Positions 18,633 to 27,757 of a DNA stretch of 64,000 bases are shown one piece after another. The DNA comes from Gemmatimonadales bacterium (GTDB lineage Bacteria; Gemmatimonadota; Gemmatimonadetes; Gemmatimonadales; GWC2-71-9): NCBI GenBank assembly GCA_037189525.1, contig JBBCJC010000001.1:448001-512000 (forward strand), given 5' to 3'. Position numbers and translations under genes: made by a program. A model generated the notes under the pieces. It was not told the origin of the DNA, searched no databases, and saw nothing but the letters and a program-made list of their open reading frames with translations. Within the stretch, counting starts at the first letter, position 1. Each line of letters starts with the position of its first letter.

Positions 18633-20825
18633 TCAGCGTGGCACATTCCACTGCAACGCGAACCAGACCCGGCGTCCCTGGATCGGACCGTAGACGTAGC
18701 TGGTGTCGAAATCCGGCCCGAAGGGGTCTTCGGGACCGACGAGCGGGCTCTGCTGGCGGTAGTTGAACAGATTGCGGACGCCCGCAAGCAGAAACGAGTT
18801 GTTCCCGATGGCCCGGGTGATCTGCACGTTGTGATCCGAAAACCACGGCGAGCGATCGGGACGGTCCGGAAAGCTGGGCAGCGCCATCGGGCCGACCAGG
18901 CGCGCCGTCCAGTCCATCGTCAGCCGAGCCGACGCGATTTCGCCGGAGACGGTCGCTTCGCCCTTGAAGGTGGGAGCAAAGAGCAGGTCACTCCGGCTTC
19001 CCGCCTCTTCCTCGAATGCGTCCATCGCGGTGCCACCGAGCTTGAACGACAGCGGGAACGCCTCACCCGGCGCAAAAGTGACGGCGGCAGAAATCCCGCG
19101 AGTCACCGCCCGCCCGCGCAGGTTGCTGTAGACGATGAGGTTCGGATCGACCTCGTAGTCGGGCAGGATCTTGTTGCTGAACCGGGTGTAGAACGCGTCC
19201 AGGTCGAAGGTGAGCGCGTAGTCGCCGACGGCGGCGGTGTGGTTTGCGCTGACGGTGCCGGTGACGCTCCGTTCCGGCTCCAGCGTCTCGGCGATGACGA
19301 CCGTCCGCGCGCCGGTGAGCGCCGCGTGGTCTTCGGTGAAGAGATTCACGACCCGGAAGCCGGTGGCCAGGTTGGCCCGGAACGCCGACGCCGGCCCGAG
19401 GTCGAGCTTCAGGTTGGCGCGAGGAGACAGAATCAGACCGTGCGCGCCGTGCCGGTCGGCGCGGAGACCGCCCAGCAATGTGACGGGACCGGTCCGACGC
19501 TCCAGCTGCGCAAAGACACCGGGTACGACGCGAACATCGGGGTCGAGCGTTGCCGGGGTCTGGTCGTCGTAGCGGAGGTAGCGGGCGCCCGCCCCGGCCA
19601 CCAGATTGCCATGCTCGCCAAGCGGACGCGTCAGTTGCAGCTGCCCGAAACCGGTGAGTTGCGACGCGACATAGGGCGTATCGCCATAGAAGCTGTCCTG
19701 ATCGTGCCAACTAGCCGACCAGTCGAAGCGGAGCCCTTCGCCCAGGAGCGCCGGGTGGAGCGCGCCGACCAGTTCGGCCCGCTTGGTATCGATCTGCTCG
19801 CCGTAGACGGTGTTGCTGCCGCGGTCCGCACCGCGCCAGCCGAGCTGGCCGCCGAACCGGTCCTCGTAGTAGACCTTGGCCGTCAGGTCGGCACGTCGCC
19901 GGCTGGCCGGACCAAACGACCACTTGTTGAAGAGAGCCACCCGCGTCATCAGCGGGATGTCGGTGAAGTTGTCGCCATTCCGGTCGAAGCGATATCCGTT
20001 GTGCGCCACACTCCCGCTCAGCAAGGTGCGGACATCGCCCCAGTGTGATGAGACCGCGAAGTCGCTGCTCAGTTCACGGTCGCTGGTGGCCGTGAGCGTG
20101 ATACTCGACCGCGGAGCAAAGCGGGGATCCTTGGTGATGATGTTGATCACCCCGCCCATGGCCTCGCTGCCGTAGAGGGTCGAGGCCGGCCCCCGGATGA
20201 TCTCGACCTGTTCGACCAACGCCGGATGGATACCGTTGAGGCCATACACGGTGGCGAGGGAACTCATGATCGGCGCGCCGTCGATCAGCACCGCGGTGTA
20301 CGGCCCCTCCATCCCGTTGATCCGGATATTGTTGGTATAGCAGACGCCGCAGTCGATCTGCTGCGACACGCCGGTCAGCGTCTGGATCGACTCCATGATG
20401 TTGTTGGTCAGGTTTCGCTGCAGAAAACGTGCGGATACGACCTCGACCTTGACGGGCGACTCCGAAAGGCGCGTCTCTCGCATTGTCCCGGTCACCACGA
20501 CGGGGTCGAGTTCCCGCGCGGACTCCTCCAGCTCGACGACGATAGAGCCGAGCCCGGGCGCGACGTCGATGGAACGGATCACTGCTTTATATCCGAGGGC
20601 GGCCACCCGCAACGTGGCGGGACCGTCCGATATACCTGTCAAGCGAAACTGCCCGGTTGGTCCGGTGAGGACACGAGCACTGCCGAGCGACACCGCGGCG
20701 CCTTCGACTGGAGTACCCTTAGTTTGTACCACGCCTTCGACGGCCGATTGCGCCGCCAGCGGAGCCGCCACTACCATGAACCCAACCACCTTCGCCCACC
20801 ACATCCCGCTCACATCCTTCCTCAT
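18633..20825 (-). CDS. TonB-dependent receptor with N-terminal carboxypeptidase-regulatory-like domain and a plug CxxC
   Basis: VVVTGT, DCGVCYTNNIRINGMEGPYT and EIIRGPASTLYGSEAMGGVINIIT. Confidence 0.9.
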   Translation of the reverse strand: MRKDVSGMWWAKVVGFMVVAAPLAAQSAVEGVVQTKGTPVEGAAVSLGSARVLTGPTGQFRLTGISDGPATLRVAALGYKAVIRSIDVAPGLGSIVVELEESARELDPVVVTGTMRETRLSESPVKVEVVSARFLQRNLTNNIMESIQTLTGVSQQIDCGVCYTNNIRINGMEGPYTAVLIDGAPIMSSLATVYGLNGIHPALVEQVEIIRGPASTLYGSEAMGGVINIITKDPRFAPRSSITLTATSDRELSSDFAVSSHWGDVRTLLSGSVAHNGYRFDRNGDNFTDIPLMTRVALFNKWSFGPASRRRADLTAKVYYEDRFGGQLGWRGADRGSNTVYGEQIDTKRAELVGALHPALLGEGLRFDWSASWHDQDSFYGDTPYVASQLTGFGQLQLTRPLGEHGNLVAGAGARYLRYDDQTPATLDPDVRVVPGVFAQLERRTGPVTLLGGLRADRHGAHGLILSPRANLKLDLGPASAFRANLATGFRVVNLFTEDHAALTGARTVVIAETLEPERSVTGTVSANHTAAVGDYALTFDLDAFYTRFSNKILPDYEVDPNLIVYSNLRGRAVTRGISAAVTFAPGEAFPLSFKLGGTAMDAFEEEAGSRSDLLFAPTFKGEATVSGEIASARLTMDWTARLVGPMALPSFPDRPDRSPWFSDHNVQITRAIGNNSFLLAGVRNLFNYRQQSPLVGPEDPFGPDFDTSYVYGPIQGRRVWFALQWNVPR

Positions 20826-20834
20826 CTTATCGGG

Positions 20835-21407
20835 TCACTCTCGCCCTGCCACTTCACGAACGAACTCCACGATCTCGGGTCGCCCCCAATCGGCCAGTCC
20901 CTGGTGGCGGAGCACGATCCGCCCATCCCGGTCGATCACAAGTGTGGTCGGCAACACCAGCACACCTAACGACTTCGGCATCGGACTCCATTCCAGATAG
21001 ACCGGGAGATCGATCCGCCGTTTCGCCACGAATCCACGCACCCGCTCCGCTGACTCGGCCGAGACTGCCGCGACAACCGCATCGGTGCCGCTGAGCGAAT
21101 CCCGCAATGCCATGAGAGACGGCAACTCCGTGATACAGACTCGGCACCAGGTGGCCCAAAGGTTGAGCACGACGACCTTGCCCCGCCACGCGCCCAGCGA
21201 GGTAGTGTCGCCCCGCAGGCTCACGAGCTGCCAGCGGTAGTCATCCGCACCGAGCGCTTTCACTCGTCCGGTCTGCGCTTCCCCGCTTCCCGCGATGAGA
21301 AGGATCGCCGCTGCTGCACCTGCCGCCCCGCGTCCCCATCGCCGCACTGCCTTCCGGCTCGGCTTCGGAACAAGCGGTCGCGCGAGGCATCCGGTCGGCG
21401 GCAGCAT
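20835..21407 (-). CDS. TlpA/ResA-like thiol-disulfide oxidoreductase (start uncertain)
   Basis: GKVVVLNLWATWCRVC and LPTTLVIDRDG. Confidence 0.85.
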   Translation of the reverse strand: MLPPTGCLARPLVPKPSRKAVRRWGRGAAGAAAAILLIAGSGEAQTGRVKALGADDYRWQLVSLRGDTTSLGAWRGKVVVLNLWATWCRVCITELPSLMALRDSLSGTDAVVAAVSAESAERVRGFVAKRRIDLPVYLEWSPMPKSLGVLVLPTTLVIDRDGRIVLRHQGLADWGRPEIVEFVREVAGRE

Positions 21408-21417
21408 TCGCAATCCG

Positions 21418-22092
21418 TCAGCGGGAGCAGAGGATGATCGCCGCCAGTTCCCGGCCGACCATCCGGTCTTCGCCGGCCACCCGAACCGTGACCGGCCCGC
21501 CATACGGATACCGGTCGACCACGGCGACTTCCGTCCCGGGCACGAGCCCCTCGACCGCCAGAAAGCGAAGGCGATCCTCGTCGCGGCTGTCCACCCGGGC
21601 AATCGTGACGGTTTCACCCGGCTCCACGTCGGAAAGCGGCACATGGATGAAGTCGGCGATGTTGCCATCGGCGTCGGGAATCGGATCGCCGTGGGGATCG
21701 ACCCGCGGATTGCCCAGCGCATGCGCCATCCGCTCGATCAGTTCGTCGCTCACCGCATGCTCCAACCGCTCGGCCTCTTCGTGCACATTGTCCCAGGTGT
21801 AGCCCAGGAAGGCGACCAGGTACGCCTCGATCAGCCGGTGCCTGCGCAGCATCCGAAGCGCCAGGAGCTTGCCCTCGTGGGTGAGTCGAGTGCCCCGGTA
21901 TGGTGAATGCTCGACCAACCCTTGCCCCGAGAGCCGCTTGATCATGCCGCTCACCGACGCCGGCGTCAGGTTGAGATGCGTGGCGATGTCGTTGGTTGCC
22001 GCCGCCGCATCGGGCGAGGACAGGCTATAGATGGCCTTGAGGTAATCCTCGATCGACCGGGTCAGCGGCTCACGGGCATCGGCAGCAGTCAT
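21418..22092 (-). CDS. DtxR/MntR family metal-dependent regulator with C-terminal FeoA/SH3 domain
   Basis: EDYLKAIY, RRHRLIE, HEEAERLEH and DPHGDPIP. Confidence 0.92.
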   Translation of the reverse strand: MTAADAREPLTRSIEDYLKAIYSLSSPDAAAATNDIATHLNLTPASVSGMIKRLSGQGLVEHSPYRGTRLTHEGKLLALRMLRRHRLIEAYLVAFLGYTWDNVHEEAERLEHAVSDELIERMAHALGNPRVDPHGDPIPDADGNIADFIHVPLSDVEPGETVTIARVDSRDEDRLRFLAVEGLVPGTEVAVVDRYPYGGPVTVRVAGEDRMVGRELAAIILCSR

Positions 22093-22105
22093 GGCGACGT
22101 CCTCC

Positions 22106-24346
22106 TCAGCTCACCAGGCGCCAGATCTGGGCGACCAGGAAGCAGACGGTAAAACCAAGGGCCAGTGGCAGCAGGGCGGCCAGAGCGGTCCACTGCCAGC
22201 TGCGCGTCTCTTTGTAGATGGTATAGATGGTCGTCGAGCACGGGTTGTGGAGCAGCGAAAACAGCATCACGTTGAGACCGGTCAGCGTAGTCCACCCCGC
22301 CGCCCGCAGCAATTCGCCCACTTCGGCTGGATTCTCCAGCTCGAACATGACGCCGTCGCCGGCGCCGAGCCCGACCATCTTCCCGGTCAGGACGGTGAGC
22401 ATCAGGATGCTCGGGATGACGATCTCGTTGGCCGGAACGGCTACGATGTACGCCAGCAGAATGACACCATTCAGACCGAGCAGAAGCCCGAACGGATCGA
22501 GCCCCGACACCAGGTGCGACGCGATGCTCTCGCCGCCGATCTGCAGATTCGAGATCAGCCAGATCACCGCGCCAGCGGGCGCTGCGAACACGATCGCCCG
22601 CCAGAGCACGATCAGGGTCCGGTCGATCAGCGAGGTGTACAGGGTCTGCATCAGACGCGGCGGACGATACGGCGGCAGTTCGAGGCTGAACGTGGTCGCC
22701 TCGCCCTTGAGCACGGTGCGTGTCAGGAGCCACGACGCCAGGAACATGAAGAAGATGCCCAGGAGCGCGATGCCCACGACCGCCGAGGCCGAGACCAGTC
22801 CCGCCAGGTGAGCAGGCACCAGCGAGCCTAAAAAGATCGAGGCGATCAGGATCTGGGTGGGCCAGCGTCCGTTGCAAAGCGAGAAATTGTTGGTCAGAAT
22901 GGCGACCAGGCGCTCGCGCGGGCTGTCGATGATCCGGGTTGCAACCACGCCGGCCGCGTTACAGCCGAACCCCATGCACATGGTGAGCGCCTGCTTCCCG
23001 TGCGCACCTGCTTTATGGAAGTAGCGATCGAGATTGAAGGCCACCCGGGGCAGGTAACCGAAGTCTTCCAGCAGGGTAAAGAGCGGGAAGAAGATGGCCA
23101 TGGGCGGCAGCATCACGCTCACGACCCACGCCGTCGCGAGATAAACCCCGTCGACCAGAAAACCGGTCAGCCACCACGGGGCGGACATCTGCTCCATCAA
23201 CCCCTTGATCCAGGGGTGCCCGTTGTCGATCAGCAGGGTCGCGAGCGCCCGCGAGGGCACGTTGGCGCCGCTGATGGTCAGCCAGAAGACCAGCATCAGG
23301 ATCGCCAGCATCATCGGGAACCCGAACCAGCGGCTGGTCAGCAGGTAATCGAGAGTCCGATCGACGTTGAACTTGGCCTTCTTGCCGCCGGTCAGCACCG
23401 CCCGTGACGCGATGGCCTCCGCCGCATCGTAGACGCTGGCGGTGACGGCATCATGGAAATCGGGGCTGAGCCGCCAGCGCTCCGTCGCAACCGCGTCGAG
23501 CAACTCCCGCTGCGCTTCCGACAGCTCGGCAGGGACGGCGTCGGGCAACTCCGACGTGGCCCGCCATTCACCGCTCGCGAGCGCGCCGATCTCGCCGGAT
23601 CGCACCGCGTCGAGCACTCGCTGGTCGGCATTGAGGAGACGGAGCGCGACCCATCGCGTGTTCGGCAGCGACGGGAACGCAGCCGAGATGAGAGGCACCA
23701 GCGCACCGATGGCGGCCTCGACTTGCGGCGGATGCTGCTGGATCCGGAACGGCGTGGTGCGCCGAGCTCCGGTGGCCACCTGATGGACCGCCTCGAGCAG
23801 CGCATCGATACCCTCGCCGCGACGCGCCGACGCCGGCACCACCGGCACGCCCAACTCGGCCTCGAGCTTGACCGGATCGACGGCAATCCCGTGCCGCCGG
23901 GCTTCGTCCATCAGGTTGAGACAGACGACCACCCGGTCGGTGATCTCGAGCACCTGCAGCGTCAGATTCAGGTTCCGCTCGAGCCGAGTCGCGTCGAGAA
24001 CGACGATGGTGACATCGGGACGCCCGAAGAGCAGGAAGTCGCGCGCCACCTCTTCGTCGGTGCTGCCGGCCTGGAGGGAATAGGTGCCCGGCAAATCGAT
24101 GATCCGAACCCGCTTGCCGTGGTTGTCGAAGTTCCCTTCGGCGCGGGTGACGGTTTTGCCCGGCCAGTTGCCGGTGTGCTGGCGCAACCCGGTCACCGCA
24201 TTGAACACCGTGCTCTTGCCGGTATTGGGATTGCCCGCCAGCGCGACCAGATAGTCCCACTTCCCGGAGGGTCCGCCCAGCTGAACCAGTTCCCCGCTGC
24301 GGAGCGACGGAGCCAGCCGTTTCTTGAGCGCAGTGAGCGAACTCAT
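22106..24346 (-). CDS. feoB: Ferrous iron transporter B
   Basis: GNPNTGKS, NWPGKT, DLPGTYSL, NLMDEA, GYLPRVAF, MGFGC and LELPPYR. Confidence 0.93.
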   Translation of the reverse strand: MSSLTALKKRLAPSLRSGELVQLGGPSGKWDYLVALAGNPNTGKSTVFNAVTGLRQHTGNWPGKTVTRAEGNFDNHGKRVRIIDLPGTYSLQAGSTDEEVARDFLLFGRPDVTIVVLDATRLERNLNLTLQVLEITDRVVVCLNLMDEARRHGIAVDPVKLEAELGVPVVPASARRGEGIDALLEAVHQVATGARRTTPFRIQQHPPQVEAAIGALVPLISAAFPSLPNTRWVALRLLNADQRVLDAVRSGEIGALASGEWRATSELPDAVPAELSEAQRELLDAVATERWRLSPDFHDAVTASVYDAAEAIASRAVLTGGKKAKFNVDRTLDYLLTSRWFGFPMMLAILMLVFWLTISGANVPSRALATLLIDNGHPWIKGLMEQMSAPWWLTGFLVDGVYLATAWVVSVMLPPMAIFFPLFTLLEDFGYLPRVAFNLDRYFHKAGAHGKQALTMCMGFGCNAAGVVATRIIDSPRERLVAILTNNFSLCNGRWPTQILIASIFLGSLVPAHLAGLVSASAVVGIALLGIFFMFLASWLLTRTVLKGEATTFSLELPPYRPPRLMQTLYTSLIDRTLIVLWRAIVFAAPAGAVIWLISNLQIGGESIASHLVSGLDPFGLLLGLNGVILLAYIVAVPANEIVIPSILMLTVLTGKMVGLGAGDGVMFELENPAEVGELLRAAGWTTLTGLNVMLFSLLHNPCSTTIYTIYKETRSWQWTALAALLPLALGFTVCFLVAQIWRLVS

Positions 24347-25371
24347 TTGGCAGACTCCGAAGCACGACGGATGAAGACGGCGCGCGCCTGCGCCCGCCGC
24401 AAGGCAATCAGAGCGCCCCGAATTCGATAGGCGGTCGGGTCGCCCGAGGCGCTGCGCAACTCGGCGGTGACGGCCGTTCCCGGAAGCAGGCCCAGATCGA
24501 GCAGGCGCCGCCGCTGGGGACCCTGCACTGCCGCTGCGATCTGAATCACCTCGGCCGCTTCTCCCGGGCGCAGCGTGTCCAAGCGCTCGAAGTGCGACTG
24601 GGCGTCGTCGGCTGCGCGGTGCACCACCGATACCGCGGATGCCATCAGCGGATCGATCTGCCGCGGCTCGCCGGCCACCAGGATCTCGATCCGATTCGGT
24701 TCGCTGCTGACCAGGGTGATCGGCACCGCAACGTCGATACCCAGGGAGTGGAGTTCGCGGTAGACGGAGGCCGGCTCATCCTCGACATGCACCACCGTCC
24801 CGGTCTGGCCGGGCTCGAGCGTCATGAGCGGGATGCCTTCGTTAGGCGGGAGCGTCCCCGACGCGGTCGGAATCGGATCGCCATGGGGATCGTAGACGGG
24901 ATGGCCCATCCGGGCGGCCAGCGCCTCGACGTCATCCTCCGACAACACGTGCTCCGCGGTCTCGGCCAGATCGTGCCAATCGGCCGGCGAAGCGCCGGTC
25001 CGGTCGGCGTAGTAGCGCTCGAGCAACCGATGAGTCCGCAGGATCCGCAGCGCGTAGGCGCGTCCACTCTCCGTCAGGACGATACCGGCGGGTTCGGACC
25101 GCGCCAGATCGAGCGCCGCCAGCCGCGCAATCAAAGTGTGCGCCTTGCCGGTCGAGATCTCCAGCATGCCGGCCAGGCTCGCCACCGACGCCGGACGCTC
25201 GCTCAATTCACAATTGACGAGATGCTTGAGCGCGTCTTCGATCCGAACGCGTTCCGTCGTACGCCGAAAACGGACCCACCACGCCACCAGTCCCCGTCGC
25301 GGCCAGACGAAAACCGCGACCACGACCAGAAGACCGGCAAACCACGCGAGTGCCTCGAGAGGCGAAACCAT
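24343..25371 (-). CDS. N-terminal TM helix + DtxR-like domain + two FeoA domains
   Basis: Hydrophobic N-terminus, EDALKHL, HRLLERY, DPHGDPIP, and RRLLDLGLLPGT...GDPTAYRIRGALIALR. Confidence 0.85.
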   Translation of the reverse strand: MVSPLEALAWFAGLLVVVAVFVWPRRGLVAWWVRFRRTTERVRIEDALKHLVNCELSERPASVASLAGMLEISTGKAHTLIARLAALDLARSEPAGIVLTESGRAYALRILRTHRLLERYYADRTGASPADWHDLAETAEHVLSEDDVEALAARMGHPVYDPHGDPIPTASGTLPPNEGIPLMTLEPGQTGTVVHVEDEPASVYRELHSLGIDVAVPITLVSSEPNRIEILVAGEPRQIDPLMASAVSVVHRAADDAQSHFERLDTLRPGEAAEVIQIAAAVQGPQRRRLLDLGLLPGTAVTAELRSASGDPTAYRIRGALIALRRAQARAVFIRRASESAK

Positions 25372-25421
25372 GCGACCACTCAACAGAAGGGACCAAATCA
25401 GGACCTGCTACCACCACACAG

Positions 25422-25439
25422 ATTTAGGATAAACTAAAT
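25422..25439. promoter_or_regulatory. DtxR/MntR-type operator
   Basis: Palindrome ATTTAG-GATAAA-CTAAAT about 50 bp upstream of an operon encoding two DtxR-family proteins. Confidence 0.7.
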
Positions 25440-25571
25440 TTGTAATTTGTCAACGCGCAACAGTGAGTTTGACCGGACACAATAGCGCACTTCCTCCAGT
25501 CACTCAGGGCGCGCCATCGGCCTGAGCGACGTAGCAAGTCTTTGAATTTCAACGAATTACGAAAACTTAAA

Positions 25572-26135
25572 TCAACGCAGGAGGGAAAGAATCGGGGTCA
25601 GAATCCGTTCGGTCATCCCCCAGACGACCCCCAGATCGAGGTAATAACCCGGGAACAGGTACTTGATGCCGTCGGCCCGATATTCGAACGGCCGGTAGAC
25701 CTCCCCCTTCAGCAAATCATCCAGTGGCACCCACCCCGCTGCCGCCACTTCATTGTTAGGGTGGAGTGCGCCAGGGTGGTCGACCGCAAACAGATAAGGT
25801 GTGACGACGACCGGCGGGAGCGATGTGGAACGGGGCGCCGAATCGTCGAACTGACCCAGGATCCGCGCATGAGTCAGATCGAGGCCCACCTCTTCGCTGG
25901 TTTCCCGCCGGGCCGTCGTGAGCAGATCCGGATCGTCGGCGGCCCACCGCCCGCCCGGGAACGCCATCTGCCCCGACCAGCGGTCGCCGGCGCGCTCGGC
26001 GCGCCGGATCAGCAGGACAGCATCCGGGTCCGGCGCCAGGACGATGGCCACGGCCGCCCGGGCGCGACCCGTAGGGTCTGCCACAACAGGCGTCCGCGCT
26101 TGGAGCGCATGGGCCAACCGTTCGATCCGGCTCAT
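25572..26135 (-). CDS. CoA pyrophosphatase (NudL-like Nudix)
   Basis: LLIRRA...WSGQMAFPGG...TARRETSEEVG and VWGMT. Confidence 0.88.
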   Translation of the reverse strand: MSRIERLAHALQARTPVVADPTGRARAAVAIVLAPDPDAVLLIRRAERAGDRWSGQMAFPGGRWAADDPDLLTTARRETSEEVGLDLTHARILGQFDDSAPRSTSLPPVVVTPYLFAVDHPGALHPNNEVAAAGWVPLDDLLKGEVYRPFEYRADGIKYLFPGYYLDLGVVWGMTERILTPILSLLR

Positions 26136-26151
26136 GACAGCGCTCGAAGGA

Positions 26152-26991
26152 TCAGAACACCCGGGACAGGAAGCGTACCGTGCGATCGAAGACCAGTTCG
26201 AGGGCGACCGGAGCCCCCTGATACGGATGCACCACACCAAAGGTGTGGTTCCCGCCGGGGACGGTGTATCGCTCGACCGTCGACCGGGGCTCGGCCGCCC
26301 GGGCGAGGCGGTCCGCTTCTTGGATGGGGACCGTGGTGTCGGAGTCGCCGTGGACCAGGAACCAGGGCACTGTAATCCGAGCCGCCGCCGCTTCGATATC
26401 GAGCGACCCCGCGGCGTTGGCCTCGATATCCTCCAGCGTTTCGAGGAACATCGGCGAGGTAACACCGGTGCGCGTGTTGAGGACATCGATCTGACCGCGT
26501 TCGCGCCACCGCTCCATGTCGGCCGGCGGCCACCGCCTAACGGTCGCAATCGCGGCCCAGGTGATCAGGGCGTTGATCCGCGCCAGCCGGGCCGCCGCCA
26601 GGATCGCCGCGCCGCCACCACGCGAATGGCCGAGCAGGATCACGTGCGACGGCGGCGCCACCGACAGCTCGCCGCGATCCAAGGCGTCCAGAACCCGATC
26701 GAGGTCGTACTGTTCGGCCGAAAAGGAATTGTGACCGAAACGATCCGGCCAGACGAACTCGCCGTTATCATCGTAGCCGGAACCGCTGAGATTGACCGAT
26801 ACTGCGGAAAAACCGGCACGGGCCAAACGTTCGGCCATGAACGGGAATGCGCCCCAGTCCTTGAAGCCTTTGAACCCATGGACGATAATTACAGCAGGAC
26901 TCGGCACCTCGCGTTCGGTCGAGCGCACGTCGATGAGGAGATCGCCCAGGGCACCGGGCACCACGCTTTTGGTCAGAATGGGAGTCGCCAT
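26152..26991 (-). CDS. Alpha/beta hydrolase
   Basis: HGFKGFKDWG, GHSRGG, HGDSD and GGNHTF. Confidence 0.88.
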   Translation of the reverse strand: MATPILTKSVVPGALGDLLIDVRSTEREVPSPAVIIVHGFKGFKDWGAFPFMAERLARAGFSAVSVNLSGSGYDDNGEFVWPDRFGHNSFSAEQYDLDRVLDALDRGELSVAPPSHVILLGHSRGGGAAILAAARLARINALITWAAIATVRRWPPADMERWRERGQIDVLNTRTGVTSPMFLETLEDIEANAAGSLDIEAAAARITVPWFLVHGDSDTTVPIQEADRLARAAEPRSTVERYTVPGGNHTFGVVHPYQGAPVALELVFDRTVRFLSRVF

Positions 26992-27165
26992 AGACATAAT
27001 GTGCCCGTAGTGGTAATGCACCGCCAGTGATCGTCAGCACGCTGAACGTCACCGTCCTTTGCGGTCCGTTCGGCTTTACGCTTCAAACGGGAGACTCGCC
27101 CACTGCGCGCATCCCATCCTACCCTGGTCGCCGCGAGCCGAGCTATCATCGAGCAGCGCGACACA

Positions 27166-27672
27166 ATGGTTTCGCGGTGGATCGCCTGGCTTGGCGATCG
27201 TGCCGCGCCGACGTCCGCCACCTCGCCCGAAGTCGTCGAGGCGGAATTTGCCCTGATCCTCGATGTCTTCGGCGCCATGGTCGGCCCGCTCCGCCGTGAG
27301 GTCCGGCCGCTCTGGACCCGAGTCGCCGAGCGCTACGGCCGCCATGCCGCCGCCCGCGGTCTTGCCGCCGGCGAAGTCGTCGAAGAAATGCAGTATCTGC
27401 GGGAACTGCTGATCCGCTATCTCGCCCCGGCCATTGCCGCTTTGCGGCCGCGCCAGGGCATGGCGCTCCTGCTCCGGCTCAACCGCCTGGTCGACAAGGG
27501 CGTGGCCATTGCCGTGGTGGGCTACACCGACGCCATGGTGGCCACCCTGCTTCCGGGACCGGACGGCGACGAGGCCGACTCGGTGCCGGACGCCGATCGG
27601 CTCGGCAGCCTGAGCGCCCTGCGCCGAGAACTCGAGGAAATCGTCAAACCCTTTGCCCGCGCCGAAGCATAG
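27166..27672 (+). CDS. Hypothetical helical protein, RsbRD-N/globin-like (start may lie upstream)
   Basis: HAAARGLAAGEVVEEMQYLRE and GC3-biased codons. Confidence 0.65.
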   Translation: MVSRWIAWLGDRAAPTSATSPEVVEAEFALILDVFGAMVGPLRREVRPLWTRVAERYGRHAAARGLAAGEVVEEMQYLRELLIRYLAPAIAALRPRQGMALLLRLNRLVDKGVAIAVVGYTDAMVATLLPGPDGDEADSVPDADRLGSLSALRRELEEIVKPFARAEA

Positions 27673-27757
27673 GAACGCTCCGCCTCGCGCTTCTTCGGTT
27701 ATCTCACTCCAACTCACCGGTCCTAGTGTGAAGCCTCCCGCTTCCCACTAGGACCAT

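Noticed and set aside
18620..18635. Second DtxR box upstream of the multicopper oxidase
   Set aside because: Only the half-site TTTAGGAT is present, without the matching arm.
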